Shown: positions 40,471 through 53,402 of the stretch, one piece after another
Layout: every line of letters starts with the position of its first letter
Numbering within the stretch: position 1 is the first letter of the stretch
DNA from: Vicugna vicugna
Taxonomy: Eukaryota
Direction: 5' to 3'
NCBI GenBank assembly: GCA_013265495.1
Contig: MU058718.1
Coordinates: 1,860,001 to 1,924,000 of the forward strand
DNA: 64,000 bases
Translations under genes and position numbers: made by a program
Notes under the pieces: generated by a model
Databases searched by the model: none
Told to the model about the DNA's origin: nothing
What the model saw: the letters and a program-made list of their open reading frames with translations, nothing else

Positions 40471-41304
40471 TTTTTTTTAACACTTTCTAATTTTATTTAT
40501 TTATTTATTTATTTTAACATTTTTTATTGATTTATAATCATTTTACAATGTTGTTTCAAATTCCAGTGTTCAGCACAATTTTTCAGTCATACCTGGACAT
40601 ATACACACTCATTGTCACATTTTTTTCTCTCTGAGTTATCATAACATTTTGTGTATATTCCCCTGTGCTATACAGTGTAATCTTGTTTATCTATTCTACA
40701 ATTTTGAAATCCCAGTCTATCCCTTCCCACCCTCCACCCCTCTGGCAACCACAAGTCTGTATTCTCTGTCTGTGAGTCTATTTCTGTCCTGTATTTATGC
40801 TTTGTTTTTGTTTGTTTGTTTTTGTTTTTGTTTTTTAGATTCCACATATGAGCAATCTCATATGGTATTTTTCTTTCTCTTTCTGGCTTACTTCACTTAG
40901 AATGACATTCTCCAGGAGCATCCATGTTGCTGCAAATGGCATTATGTTGTCGGTTTTTATGGCTGAGTAGTATTCCATTGTATAAATATACCACATCTTC
41001 TTTATCCAGTCACCTGTTGATGGACATTTAGGCTGTTTCCATGTTTTGGCTATTGTAAATAGTGCTGCTATGAACATTGGGGTGCAGGTGTCATCCTGAA
41101 GTAGACCAGCATTTGTCATTTGTGGATTTTTGAATGACGGCCATTCTGACTGGTGTGAGGTGATACCTCATTGTAGTTTTGATTTGCATTTCTCTGATAA
41201 TTAGTGATATTGAGCATTTTTTTCATGTGCTTTTTGATCGTTTGTATGTCTTCCTTGGAGAATTGCTTGTTTAGGTCTTCTGCCCATTTTTGGATTGGGT
41301 TGTT
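40471..41304 (-). mobile_element. Young 5'-truncated L1 with ORF2 C-terminus and internal deletion
   Basis: ORF 40835-41119 encodes the ORF2 C-terminus (CTPMFIAALFTIAKTWKQPKCPS...WYIYTMEYYSAIK). Poly(T) tail. Perfect 18-bp TSD ttattccagtattctttt 40453-40470 / 41305-41322. Confidence 0.95.
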
Positions 41305-42049
41305 TTATTCCAGTATTCTTTTATTCACCAATGCTATATATTAGCTTCCTAGATCCTCTTTGGATCAATTTCACCATCCTGCTGTTTCCTTCATTACTAA
41401 GTTAAATAAATCTTTGACATGTGTTCATTATATATTTATAAAAGTCATGTTTTTGAAAATCATACAGTGACCTCCCCCAGACTGCTATCTCCCAGTATCC
41501 CTTTGTAAAAAAATTGTGTTCCTTTTGCTTATCATCATAAATTCTCTTCTCAGAATTTATAGATCAGAATGCTCTTTTACACTTAGCCTTCAACCCTGTC
41601 TTCTATGGGACGTTGTGATAGTTTTCTGTGGCTTGCCACTGACAGCATTCTCCTTGAGACATGTAGTTTATTCCTCTCCTCCTGGTACTTTAGGGGACGT
41701 ACAATTCCATTAGGCCTGCGAAACAATCCAGAGAGCCAATAAAATCAGCTGCAAAATTACATTATATAAAAAGAAGATATCTAAAAATACACTGCAAATA
41801 GCAACATTAGAGTGAGTTAAATGAGAGACAAAGAGGTGCCATGAGGTTGTAAGAACTGGGCGGGCCGGGCTGACTGTACCCCATCATCCACTCAGTGCCC
41901 CGTGCCCCTGCCATGCCAGTTGTTAAATATTCTGACTATCACCCTGGAATTAAAACAGCTGTAATAAGGTTAATGTTACTTCTGTCATCATTTAAAATCA
42001 GGGTATGTTAGAGTTTAGAGGTGTTAGTTCCTTTGAAAAGTAAGAAAGA

Positions 42050-42291
42050 ACTTATATAAAGTGCCTCCAATAGTCAAATTCATAGTCAGAAAGTAAAGCT
42101 GTCACCAGGGACTGGGGTTGAGGGAAATAGCAAGTTAGTGCCTAACAGGTACCGAGTTTCCACTTGGGAAAAGGAAAAGTTCTGGAGACAGATTCTGGTG
42201 ATGGTTGCACAACAATATAAATGTGCTTAATGCTACTCAACTGTATACTTAAAAATGGCTAAAATGGTAAATTTTATGTGTATTTTACCAC
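42050..42291 (+). mobile_element. L1MB-like 3' end
   Basis: aaagttctggaga...gtgatggttgcacaacaat...tacttaaaaatggctaaaatggtaaattttatg. Confidence 0.85.
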
Positions 42292-44564
42292 CCAGAAGTC
42301 ACTACCAAAAATAGTCACTTTAAAAAAAAGAATGAGACTACAAGTGGAAAATAAGTTCCTGTAGATAATAAAAGGATAGAAAAAAATGGTAGGTGTTCAG
42401 AAAAACAATAAAAACAAATGGTTAAGGACATTCATTTCATTAAAGAGACTAAAGAAAATGATTGCCTACTGGAAATTGTCAGTATACTTATACCATATTT
42501 GAAAATTTTATCTTTTCACAGAGAGAAAATAATCTCCAAGAGAGCAATATGAAATTTAAAGATTTGTGTTGATTACTGGAAACACTCCCTGTCTGGGAGA
42601 TAAATATTAAATTATGAAATGGTCTCCTCAGGGAAATTGTGAAAGTCATTATCCAAAATATTAAAAATTAAATCAGATAAAACATTAGAAGGCCTAATGT
42701 AGGAAATGATCCTGTTCTGGTTTTGAGGAGACAGACTGGAAGACTTATTGGGGCTTTTCTATTATTTATTTTAAAGATTCTGCCAAGAAGCAAAACCCAT
42801 ATGCTCAATTTCAGGCATAAGATCTGAAATTGCTATTCAGAGTTCCTGGAAAAACAAATGTTTTATTAGAGGTTGGAGGTAAGGTTTGAGTCCTATTTTG
42901 AGTATATTGAACTAGAGATCAGGAATGCTTAGATCCCTGCATTGCAGAGCATCCTTCATACTCACTTGAGTCGACTGCGTGAAAAGAAAAAGCCAAATGC
43001 AAAGCAAAGTTCTCCTTCATTAACACCTGAGCAAGCATTTCATACTCCCACAGAGAGGGAGGGAGTCTCTGGCTGGATTGGAGAATGTGGCTTCTGCTTA
43101 AGATCTAGCAGAGGTCTCATTTCTTTCCCTCAAATAGGAGGGGCTTGAGTCTCCGGAAGCCACATGGAATGAAAGAGAGGAGGCACTGAGCCTGCCCCAG
43201 GTGGAGGATACCAAAAAGATGCTGCAGATAGGTTCCAACTTTAACATACAGTCAACTTGCCTGTAAACAAAACTGTCCCAACTAATAATCTAGACTCTAA
43301 ACTGCAAATGAACAACTCCTTCCTTGGGGCATGCAGGCAACAGAGGTGGGCAAAGACCAAAGACCTACAGTTTCTGGAAGAAGGGGCACATGTTCTTTCC
43401 CCATTTTCTTACATACACAAGCAAATTTTCTATGAGGGCTGATTAATTCTCAGAAATGCAAAATTATTTAATATGTATTCACATGTTCACCTCTGTTGGG
43501 AGTGTAAAGGCCAATGAAATGTGTGATTAAAAGCCTTTGAGGAGGAATATCCATGAATATTGTAGTCTGAAAATTAAAAGTTCTATTACAGAAGGAGTTG
43601 TTTCTATAGTTAGAGTAGGAGGACAAATGTTTTGGTTGGAAAGGAAAGATTTTAAAAGATAAACTTGGACCAAACTAAAGGGGAGTCCTAGTATTACGTG
43701 GACAATATCATTGTCCTAAACATAAAATGAAAAAAATAGAATTTTTTGAAAGGAGAGAGAAGGAGACTGAAAGGGATGTAAAAAAAAAGTACATTGAAAT
43801 GTAGGTGACAGAAATCCTGAGAATTTCTCAGCTAGCCCTTCAGCAAGTTATGAATGAAAGTGTACTATCCATGCAGCCATGTCTTCCCCGCCATCCACCG
43901 CACACGGTGGGGAGTCTCTCCAGGACCTTGCTTCAGATAAGATCCCCCTATCCACCAAATCACTGATGTCTCTGTTGCTAACTCCGGGCTCTTTCTTCAG
44001 TCTCGACGATGGGCAGGTACAGGGTTTGTAGGCCTGTCGGGTGCAGCCCAACAGCTGGGAAAGACTTGAGCATATTTAAATTCTGGTAAGAAGTCCCTGA
44101 GTTAAGGAGAGAGTTTGAAAACCCTGGAGAAGAATGATTGAAAATTGATGAATCAAGAACAGGAGGGAGTGGGCTGCGGGATACAGGTGGGTTAACCTTT
44201 GATAAGAACGTGGATGCCTCTTCTGCCTAATGCAGCAAAGGAAGAGAGGGTACCTTGTGCAGATGCAGGCAGGATGAAAGATTTCCTAGTGTAAGTCAAG
44301 AAAGTTCTACCCTGATGGCTTCAATGTTCAATAGGAAGTGGGAGATGAAGGCATGGAAGATTGAGGAAGGAGGAGGCTAGGTTGGAAGGGGCCAGCACTG
44401 ACTATTCAAGGACAATGGAGGAGATCAGAGAATGACCTTTTGCAGACAGCATCTAATGCTGCTGAGAGGTTGAGATGAGGTGTTTTTTGCAATGTAGAAG
44501 TCATTAGTTTCAGTGGAGTGGTGGAAACAGAGTCCAATTTGGAGGTGAGTTAAAAAGTAATTTA

Positions 44565-44734
44565 ATAGATAAATAAGTTTCTTCTATATAGCACAGGGAA
44601 CTATATTCAATATCTTATAGTAACCTATAATGAGAAAGAATATGAAAACGAATATATGTATGTATATGTATGACTGAAACATACTGTGCATCAGAAATTG
44701 ACATACTGTACTCTGACTATATACTTCAATTAAA
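44565..44734 (+). mobile_element. Young short L1 3' end, inserted in probable L2 sequence
   Basis: Same 3' UTR family as 19446-19819. Perfect 13-bp TSD aaaaagtaattta 44552-44564 / 44735-44747. Confidence 0.9.
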
Positions 44735-46166
44735 AAAAAGTAATTTAGACTTGAGGAAGTAGAGATGCTGCATATAGGTATCTCATTTGAGTGCTTTTGT
44801 GTTCAAGGGACCATAGCAGTAATGGGTACTGAAGGGAGATATGTCATCAAGAAAGACCTTTATCTTTCTTTAAATGTGAGATGGTAGAGTCTATATGGTG
44901 ATGACAATGATTTAGAAGCAAGGGGAAAATTAGATGAAGCAGAAAAAATTGCTGATGCAGGAATAGGGTGAATACCTCCAAGAATGCAGTCTTAAAGAAA
45001 GGATAGGATCCAAAAATGAAGGGTTTACCTTTCAACAGGTGCATTTTCCCCATTTGCTCACTAAGTTCTTAGTGAAATTTTTGTTGAATTTAGTTCAAGG
45101 GAGAGAAGAGATTTGCAGTAACACCTCCCAAGCACCAGGTGGTGATGTTCAGCTGCAGTCAAGTCTCTATCACCTGCGCACCTGCTTAGGAGTAAGTGGA
45201 TAAAAAACACTTTTTTCCCTCCAAGTTGAACTGAGTTGGCCGGAGGGCAACTAGAATTGTAGGTGAATTTCTGGTTTGGCTCTTGTAGTGGAATTGCAAC
45301 TTCTGGTCTGGGAAGAATAGATGGTTTATGCATTTGAAGAGGACATTGTGATACAAAGCACAAAGGGTAGGGATCATTTCTCAGAATGGGGGTTGGAAGT
45401 CAGCAGTTCACCTGCCACGAAAAACAGGGAGGAACCAGTTAGGCAGTAAATAACCCAGAAAATCAGGGAGGGGCCTAGTGTGTTCATTAACAAGGAAACA
45501 CTAATCAAATGGGAGTTTCTGCTGTGTAGCAGGAATTGACTGCATGAAGGCAGCTGTGAAGATTGGCCTCTTGGCCTGTGACCTTCCAGTGACTTCCATG
45601 TGATGGCTATACTGTTCCCAGGTCAGCTGACCCCTAGGAGCACCTCTGGGCCAGGCAAGTTGGCATCTGTGCTTTTAGCACTGGTTTTCCCTTATGGGCC
45701 CAAATCTCTGCCCTACTTGTACTGAAATAATCTCTTAATCACATCCTTCCTTTCTTACATCCGGCCCCAATCTGACCTCCTGGGAGGACGTCCATCTGAG
45801 CAGCACAATAACCCAGCCAGCCCCACCCTCTCGTTGACTAATATTAACATTATTTATTTAAATATTTTTCTGCATGGATCTGCTATAGCCTGCTGTGCTT
45901 TTCCACTTTTATAAGATGCTAAGAGCCTTCCAATAACCCAATTCCTTGCAACCTGGTGTGTGTTTCTTCTGCTTTGGCAAGGGTTGCTCCTAGTCCCCTG
46001 GAATCTTTGGCATTATCCCAGATAATCCCAGAGGAATATTGGTGTTAGTATTAAGCAACGATTTCCCCTTTATATCTTCCGTAGTGTTTACAAATGCTCA
46101 GGTCTCCTTTGTTTTGAAAAAGTGTCTTTGCTCCTGTGGCACCTCCAAATTACAATCGTATTTCTT

Positions 46167-46636
46167 TTTTTAAAAAAAATTTTTATTGAAGTGTAGTTGA
46201 TTTACAATGTTAGTTTCAAGTGTACAGCAAAGCAATTCAGTTATACATATACATACATATATATATATTTTTTCTTTTCAGATTCTTTTCCATTATATGT
46301 TATTACAAGAAACTAAATACAGTTCTCTGTGCTATATAGTAGATCCTTGTTGTTTACCTATTTTATATATAGTAAAATGCATCTGTTAATACCCAATCCC
46401 TAGTTTATCCCTCCCCACCCTTTCCCCTTTAGTAACCATAGTTTGTTTTCTATGTCCATGAGTCTGTTTTTGGTTTGTATAAAGAATTTATATCTTTTTT
46501 TTTAGATTCCACATATAAGTGATATCATATGATATTTGTCTTTCTCTGCCTGAGCAACTTCACTCAATATGATAATCTCTAGGTCCATCCATGTTGCTGC
46601 AAATGGCATTATTTCATTCTTTTTGATGGTTGAGTG

Positions 46637-46677
<41 letters not shown>

Positions 46678-47023
46678 ATGGACATTTAGGTTGTTTCCAT
46701 GTCTTGGCTATTGTAAATAGTGCTGCTATGAACACTGGGGTGCATGTGTCTTTTTGAATTATAGTTTTCTCTAGATATATGCCCAAGAATGGAGTTGCTG
46801 GATTATAATGGTAAGTCTATTTTTAGATTTTTAAGGAGCCTCCATACTGTCCTCCCTAGTGGCTGGACCAATTTACATTCCCATCCACAGTGTAGGAGGG
46901 TTCCTATTTCTCCACACCCTCTCCAGCATTTATTATTTGTAGACTTTTAAAGATGGCCATTCTGACTGATGTGAGGTGACACCTTATTGTAGTTTTAATT
47001 TGCATTTCTCTAGTAATTAGTGT
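46167..47023 (-). mobile_element. 5'-truncated L1 with ORF2 C-terminus and internal (TA)n
   Basis: ORF 46502-46786 encodes the ORF2 C-terminus. 20-bp TSD with 2 mismatches, 46147-46166 / 47024-47043. Confidence 0.93.
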
Positions 47024-47860
47024 AAATTACTATCATATTTCTTGCTTTCCTTTCACTGATAAACTTCCCTTTTCCTCTTTATTTGAAACCTGTCTTCAGT
47101 CGACTATAAGACTGTCATCTGCAAGGTGAACAGTGATTTTCACCAGCCTCATGTTCTTCAAGCACACTCTGTATTCCCTGACTTCTCAGTATCATTTGAT
47201 ACTATTGACCACCCTTCCTTCTTGAAATGGTTTCTTTCTTTAATTTGGCTTGCCTGACAACTGGACTAACCTGACTCTTTTCCCACCTCTGATCCTTTCT
47301 TCTCTGTTGCCTTAGATGCCTCTTCTTCCTGTTTCTACTCTTGAGGAGCAGTTCCCCAAGGCTCAGTCTCATTTGTGGGGGTTGAGCCATCCACGAAGGC
47401 TTACCTCTATATTAATGATTCTTCTCTGTGTGATCTGATCCTCTCACAAGATTGCCAGGCTTATTTACCTAATTGCCCCCTAAATGTTTCCACTGGGAAA
47501 TACGGCTTTCACCCCAAATTCAATATTTCCTTTTTAAAAAGCCTCATCTTTCCCTGGCTTCCCGAAATCAGCTCCTCCCAACTTCCCTTTCCCAGTTCAA
47601 TAACTCCACTGTTTTTCCTGGTCACCCAAATGTAAAAACTTTGAAGCATTTATGACCTTCTGTTTTGAGACCTCGGTTTTCATCCCAGTTCTTCCATATA
47701 CCAGCCATGTGGTTTAGAACAAGTTATATAAGCAGATAATCAGTCTGGCTATCAATTAACTCACATTAAATAAGGATAATAATAAAAACTCAGGGTTGTT
47801 GTAAGGAACACATAAAGTGTCCTGCATGGCACTTAGAACATCAAAACTGCTCAAAAGCTT

Positions 47861-48006
47861 GTTTGTTTGTTTTTGTGGGGAGGGTGGTAATTAGGTTTAT
47901 TTATGTGTTTAATTTTTCTTTTTTTTTTTAGTGGAGGTACTGGGGATTGAACCCAGGACTTCGTGCATGCTAAGCACGCGCTCTACCACTGAGCTATACA
48001 CTCCTC
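47861..48006 (-). mobile_element. tRNA-derived SINE (camelid-type) with TSD
   Basis: Reverse A/B boxes. TSD caaaactgctcaaaagctt 47842-47860 / caaaaatgctcaaaaactt 48007-48025. Adjoins a MIR at ~47690-47850. Confidence 0.9.
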
Positions 48007-48649
48007 CAAAAATGCTCAAAAACTTTTGATAACCGCAATTCTTTTGAAATCCCCTCTTTCTCCCACCCGCTACTACTCACCTTACCTGCCAAATGCTTTT
48101 TCTTACATTTAAGTTATGAACAGATTCCAAACCAACCTTCTGGATTCTGGTCCCTTGCTCTTCCAATCCATCACACATATTTTAACTGAATTAATCTCAT
48201 TTGAACATTGCTTTCATGATGTTACTACCATGCACCAACTTTTTAATGGCTCCCGGTTTTCTATCTCAGAATCTAAACTTTTGTCCTTCCTTGTCAGCCT
48301 CACTCTACGCTCACTTTTCCCCAGAGCATCTCCTTGGCGTTTCTTCCTTTCTTCTCCCTGGCTGGTGAGCATGCTGTGCTCACTTCTGCCTCTTGATTCC
48401 ACATGCCAGTCCTCTCAAAAGGCCTCTTATCTATCCCTTCAGATCTGCTTAGATTTATCTTCTTCATAAAACATGCCATGACTGCATTGATGACTTTCTT
48501 TCAGAGGCTAGGTTATCACAGTTTTCAAAGTGGGTCTGTATTTCACAATTTAGTTGTTAGAGTAACAGAATTTTTCTTCTCATTTTTAATGAATGATTAA
48601 AAAACTTTATATGAATACTAATGATCAAAAGATGGAAATAACCCAAGTG

Positions 48650-49600
48650 TCTTGCATTCATCACTTGAAATACATTTGGGTTGTTGCTGTCTTTTGGCTA
48701 TTTTAAAATATTCATATACAAGTATTTGTGTGAACATATGTTTTCAATTCTCTTGGGTCTATACCTAGGAGTAGAATTGCTAGGTTATATAGTAGCTCCA
48801 TGTTTAACTTTCTAAGGAACTGCCAAATTGTTTTTCAAAACAGCTGACCATTTTGCATTCCCACCAGCAATGTCTGAGGGTTGTAATTTCTCCACATCCT
48901 AGCCATTACCTGTTACTTTCATCTTTTTTATTATATCATTCTAGTGGGTGTGAAGTGTTATCTCATTGTGGTTTTGATTTGCATTTCCCTGATGCCTAAT
49001 GATGTTGAGCATCTTATGTGCCTATTGGCCATTTGCACATCTTTTTTTTGGTGGAGGGGAGAAGGTAATTAGGTTTATTTATTTATCTTTTTGATGAGGA
49101 TTGAACCCAGGACCTTGTGCATGCTAAGCATGTGCTCTACCACTGAGCTATACCTTCTCCCCTGCACATCTTATTTAGAGAACTGTCTATTCAGATCATT
49201 TCCTCATTTTTAATTGGGTTATTTTTCTTCTTATCATTGAGTTGTAACATTGTAACATCTATAACAACATATAGATGCTAGATATGTCTCTTAAAAGATA
49301 AATAATTTGCAAATTTTTTTACTGTTCTGTGGGGGTTTTTTCTTCACATTTTTGATGCTGTCTTTGAAATATAGGCATTTTTGGTTTCCATAAAATGCAA
49401 CTTAGTTTTTCTTTTGTCATTTTTGCTTTGATGTCTTATCTAAGAAACCATTATCTAATCCAAGGTCACAAGGGTTTACGCCTGTTTTCGTCTAAGAATT
49501 TCATAGTTTAGATCTTATTTAGGTCTGTGATCCATTTTGAGTTAATTTTTGTAGATGGTGTAAAGCACTTGTCTAATTTCATTCTTTTTCCATATGGATA
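48650..49600 (-). mobile_element. L1MA/MB-like ORF2 3' remnant
   Basis: atacctaggagtagaattgctagg, cattcccaccagcaatg, ttgatttgcatttccctgatg. Confidence 0.88.
49044..49162 (-). mobile_element. tRNA-derived SINE nested in L1
   Basis: Reverse A/B boxes. Perfect TSD tgcacatctt 49034-49043 / 49163-49172. Confidence 0.9.
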
Positions 49601-51797
49601 TCCTTTCTGATGTTTTTCATACAAATCTCAAGATGTTGCTTGAGAGCTGGTGACTCTTATCTACTTGTTTGTCTCAGTGCCCTGCACTGTTCTAAGCACA
49701 CAGCCACCTTGTTTGTGCGAGAGTACCTGTGACCATTTCATATCGTTGTCATGGGCAGAACATTTCACAAGGTGATGTGATGTTCAAAAACTGTTTTCTA
49801 AGTATCACCCAGAATGGTTCCTACAAAAAGCTTTCTATAATCTGGAGCAGTAAATGCAAGCAGTGCATTTCTTTCCCCTGGAAGTAGATTTCATTGTTAT
49901 CTCAGAGGCTTTCTTTAGGTCTGTGTCCCGGCAGCCCCACTCCCAAGCCAGTCTTCCTCGTTGCTTAGTTTGCTAGTCCCTTTCTTGCTGTTTACAGTGA
50001 ATGCCCACTTCTACCAAAAAGTGGCTCCTGCAACCTTCCTACCCATCCTTAGTTCACACTCCCTGCCCCTTGATTTCTACCTCCTTAGGAGCTATACCAG
50101 TATGTTCCATTTTGGGCCATCCCTGAGACAAAGAGAGAATTCTGCTCACCTGGTATTTGACAGGAATAATTCATTACAGTTCGTCTTCCTGGCTTCATAT
50201 GGCGTTTTTAAGTGCATTTCAAACTACCCTTACACATCCACACTCACATAAACTTTCTCTTTTTTCCTCCTATCCCCCAACCTCTCTTTTTTTCAAACTC
50301 AGTGGTTATATTCTCTTTGAAGAATATAAAGCACAGGGTAAGTAGGCTCAGAGAAAAAGTTGAAGTCAACCTGCAGATTACCAAGCCTGAGGGCCGCATT
50401 TGACGGCAGATCTGTGAGGTATCATTTGGTCTAAACCTAAGCCCAGTGCTTGGTACCTTATTTGGATATTGCTGCTTTCAAGGCTTGAGCTGTTCTTCCA
50501 AACACTGGAGCTCTCGGCTACTTTTCAGTATGATGTAAGTACCACAAGTATTGCATTGTCTTAGAGGTTCTAGGGGGGGGTTTCAGATAAGATTCCACAT
50601 CTGAACACACTGGAAAACGTTAGATCGAAGTAAACATTAAAAAAAATGCACTTGAAGATCTCACTCGATAAACTAGAAAAAAATCCCTAGTTTCAGAGAT
50701 TCAAGCCTGACTCCTCTTTAATCTTCAAAGCAAGCAACAGCTTGAAATACTCAAAAAGGCCTAAAGGGACCAGCTGCACCCATCTTAGTCTAATTACTCC
50801 TCCAATCTTTCCTTCAGAGGGTCACTGCCTTCCTGTGCTTTAAACTGCTCAAACATAAACTGCTGATATTCTAAAGCTAGTAAGTCTCTTATAAAGCTAT
50901 AATTAAGCTATTTCAAATACTAAGAAAAGGGGCTGTTACTTTCAATATCAAATCCCAACCCTGCTCCCTGCCCTTAATGAAGGGAACACTCACAGAAGCC
51001 GGCAGCAGTCAGAGTAGCAGGCAGCGTGGTGGGAGGGTGTTCAGAAAGTAACTTGCCAAAGAGTGAGACAAGAACTAGAATGTGGAAACTGAGCATTAAA
51101 AGGGTTTCTGAGACATGACGGCTTGGCTTCGACAAATTTTTCTGAAGGGAAGGGAACAGTCAGGAAAGATACGGATATTTTTGGTTCTGTAGACGCATGT
51201 TTGAGAAGCTGTAGTTATTCAGAGCTTACTGGAGCACTTGCAAAGGTTGTTAAGGTACAATTCTTAGCCTCTTTCCCGGCTCCGTTTAAAATCTCTAACC
51301 CTCCACTTCCCGCCTCCCCAGCTTGTTTTGTGCCATTTATAATGTATGCTGTCTCCTAGCTTATACATCCTCACATGTTGCCACAAATCTTTGGGGGATA
51401 AGGTGTGGAAATAAACATGTATATTTAAAAGCCAGGATTTCCCCAATAATGAGATACCTCCACGGGGCAGACCTAGTGCTTCTTTGACATTTTTGTTGAT
51501 TTGATGCCAGCATGTTTTCCATTTTCTTTATGCCAAGCTATTTGTAAATTTGTGGGCAATGCAAAAATTTGAAATCCCTGCTCTCAAAGAACTCATGTTT
51601 TATTTAGGGATATTAAAATCACAAAAGGAAACACCTGAAAGTCCTGTCAAGGTGTCCAGTAGCTGCTCTATTAGTTGTGTCTATTATTGTGAATGTAATG
51701 GCATGCCCAGAGAACCTGAGATGCTGGATGCAACTAAAAGCGGTGACAGACAAGTCCAGAATGCAGAGTTTCGAAATTTGTAGAGAATAAAGAAGAA

Positions 51798-51798
51798 T

Positions 51799-51824
<26 letters not shown>
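51798..51824. repeat. (GA)n microsatellite
   Basis: Uninterrupted agagag run. Confidence 0.9.
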
Positions 51825-51832
<8 letters not shown>

Positions 51833-53392
51833 CTCCTGTGATCTCAACACCCAGAGAGCTTCTTAACATTTTGGTGTATTTCCTTTCAGTCTTTCTTCTC
51901 TGAATATTTAAGAATAGATATGCTTGTGATTTGACAGCTGCATGTACAGTTCTGTCCACCTTTTTTTCACTCTTACAACCTATTATCTATTTTATCAGAA
52001 ACATTTTCCTATATATTTTCAACACCATAATTTACATAAACATTCCCTCCTCTCCGGATGTTCATACTGCTTCCAAGTGAATTGTCTGGAACTTCCATGA
52101 GTAGAAATAATTGGAGAGTGCGGAGACTACAGACTCCAGGCATCAATTTCTCCATGATGACTAGCTGAAAATACTGTAGTGGTTTTCCCTATTTTTGGTG
52201 CCAAACCTCTGGCATCTGACTAAATTTCGCTGCTTTTCTTTCACTCCTTTATGGGTCCCACCCCTTACTTGAGGCCTCTAACCTTGTTTCCCAACTGTGT
52301 TGCTGAACCAAGTGTTATTTGCCTGGCAGGGAGGGAGAGGGGTCCCTCTACGAAGAGTCTGACACAGCTGAAGACTTTGAGACTTTTAAAACGGATCTTT
52401 TATGGGACCTGGGATATTTTATGTGAGTCTTCCTGACCTAAACATTTTGAGCCCTGTGTTTGCCAGCGGCGCAGTTTCCCTGGCTAGCTGTTTCTGAATG
52501 GAGCCCTCTCCACAGAATGCGACAGTAAAAGAGGGAAGTGGAAGTAAAGTGGGAAGCAGGAGGACCGGTCTCCATCACTGGTCAGTCTCAACAGGTGAAG
52601 TCCTTTAGGTCTTCTCGTACCTGCTGGCACCCTTTCGGAGCTATTAAAATTCCTTCCACGTGTGGCTGAGGGTGGGGTAAAGGATGTATAGCCATCTAAA
52701 TGTCTTAATGACGTTAGTTCTAAATTGCATATAAAATATGCAAATACGTACAAAGAGTTGAAGAAGCTGGAAACAGCTTCCGAGTAAAACTCACTGCACT
52801 GATTTTTCCCCCTCTAACCAGAGCATCGTAGGATCTTTATGACCCACTTCTGGTTGGCGCTTCCGAACGGGTTAAGAGAGAAAGCAAACTCTTGGGAGCC
52901 CAGCAGGAGTTGCTGATTGTGCCGGACACTGCTTGCAAAGCAATTTTTGTGGTTCACCTCCCTCTGGGTTTTCTCATTCTTTTGTTAGATATACATGGAA
53001 CTGCCTTGGGCATTTACTTTTTAAAGTTTTTTACGTCCCCCAACTCCCTGTCTCCAGCTCCCGGAGTGCGGCACCTCTCGCCGGCCCGAGACTTTTGGGC
53101 TCGCTCCAGACGTGGGGAAGGGGCGGGGGTACTTTGTTCCCAGAAAACGACCTTGCCCTGGGAATTTCCTGTGGCCATTTCTCACGGACGAGCCCCCTCC
53201 TCCGGCGGGTAGCGCCGACACCCACTGCCGCGGGCCCTCGCCGAGCCAGAGACGCGAGCGCGGAAAGGAGAGCCCCGCGCGCCCACCCGCGCCCGCGTGG
53301 GAGGCCGCCGCGCTCCCCCGGCTCCCCCTCCTCAGGTCCCGCCGCCGAGAGCCCGGATGTTGGATTCAGTCCCTACGCCGGGTCCTTCATTT

Positions 53393-53402
53393 CCATAAAA
53401 GG
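53393..53402. promoter_or_regulatory. CArG box (SRF site) CCATAAAAGG
   Basis: Perfect CC(A/T)6GG inside a GC-rich island, ~300 bp upstream of the inferred TSS. Confidence 0.6.

Noticed and set aside
40835..41119. Functional protein-coding ORF
   Set aside because: Fragment of L1 ORF2 in a 5'-truncated element; the same applies to 46502-46786.
2348..41293. Other CArG matches (2348, 35606, 41284)
   Set aside because: Consistent with chance frequency in AT-rich DNA. One lies inside an L1 and none has supporting context.
43848..44070. Possible pseudogene (actin-like WIGGS in one minus frame)
   Set aside because: The match covers a few residues only, and there is no poly(A) tail or TSD.
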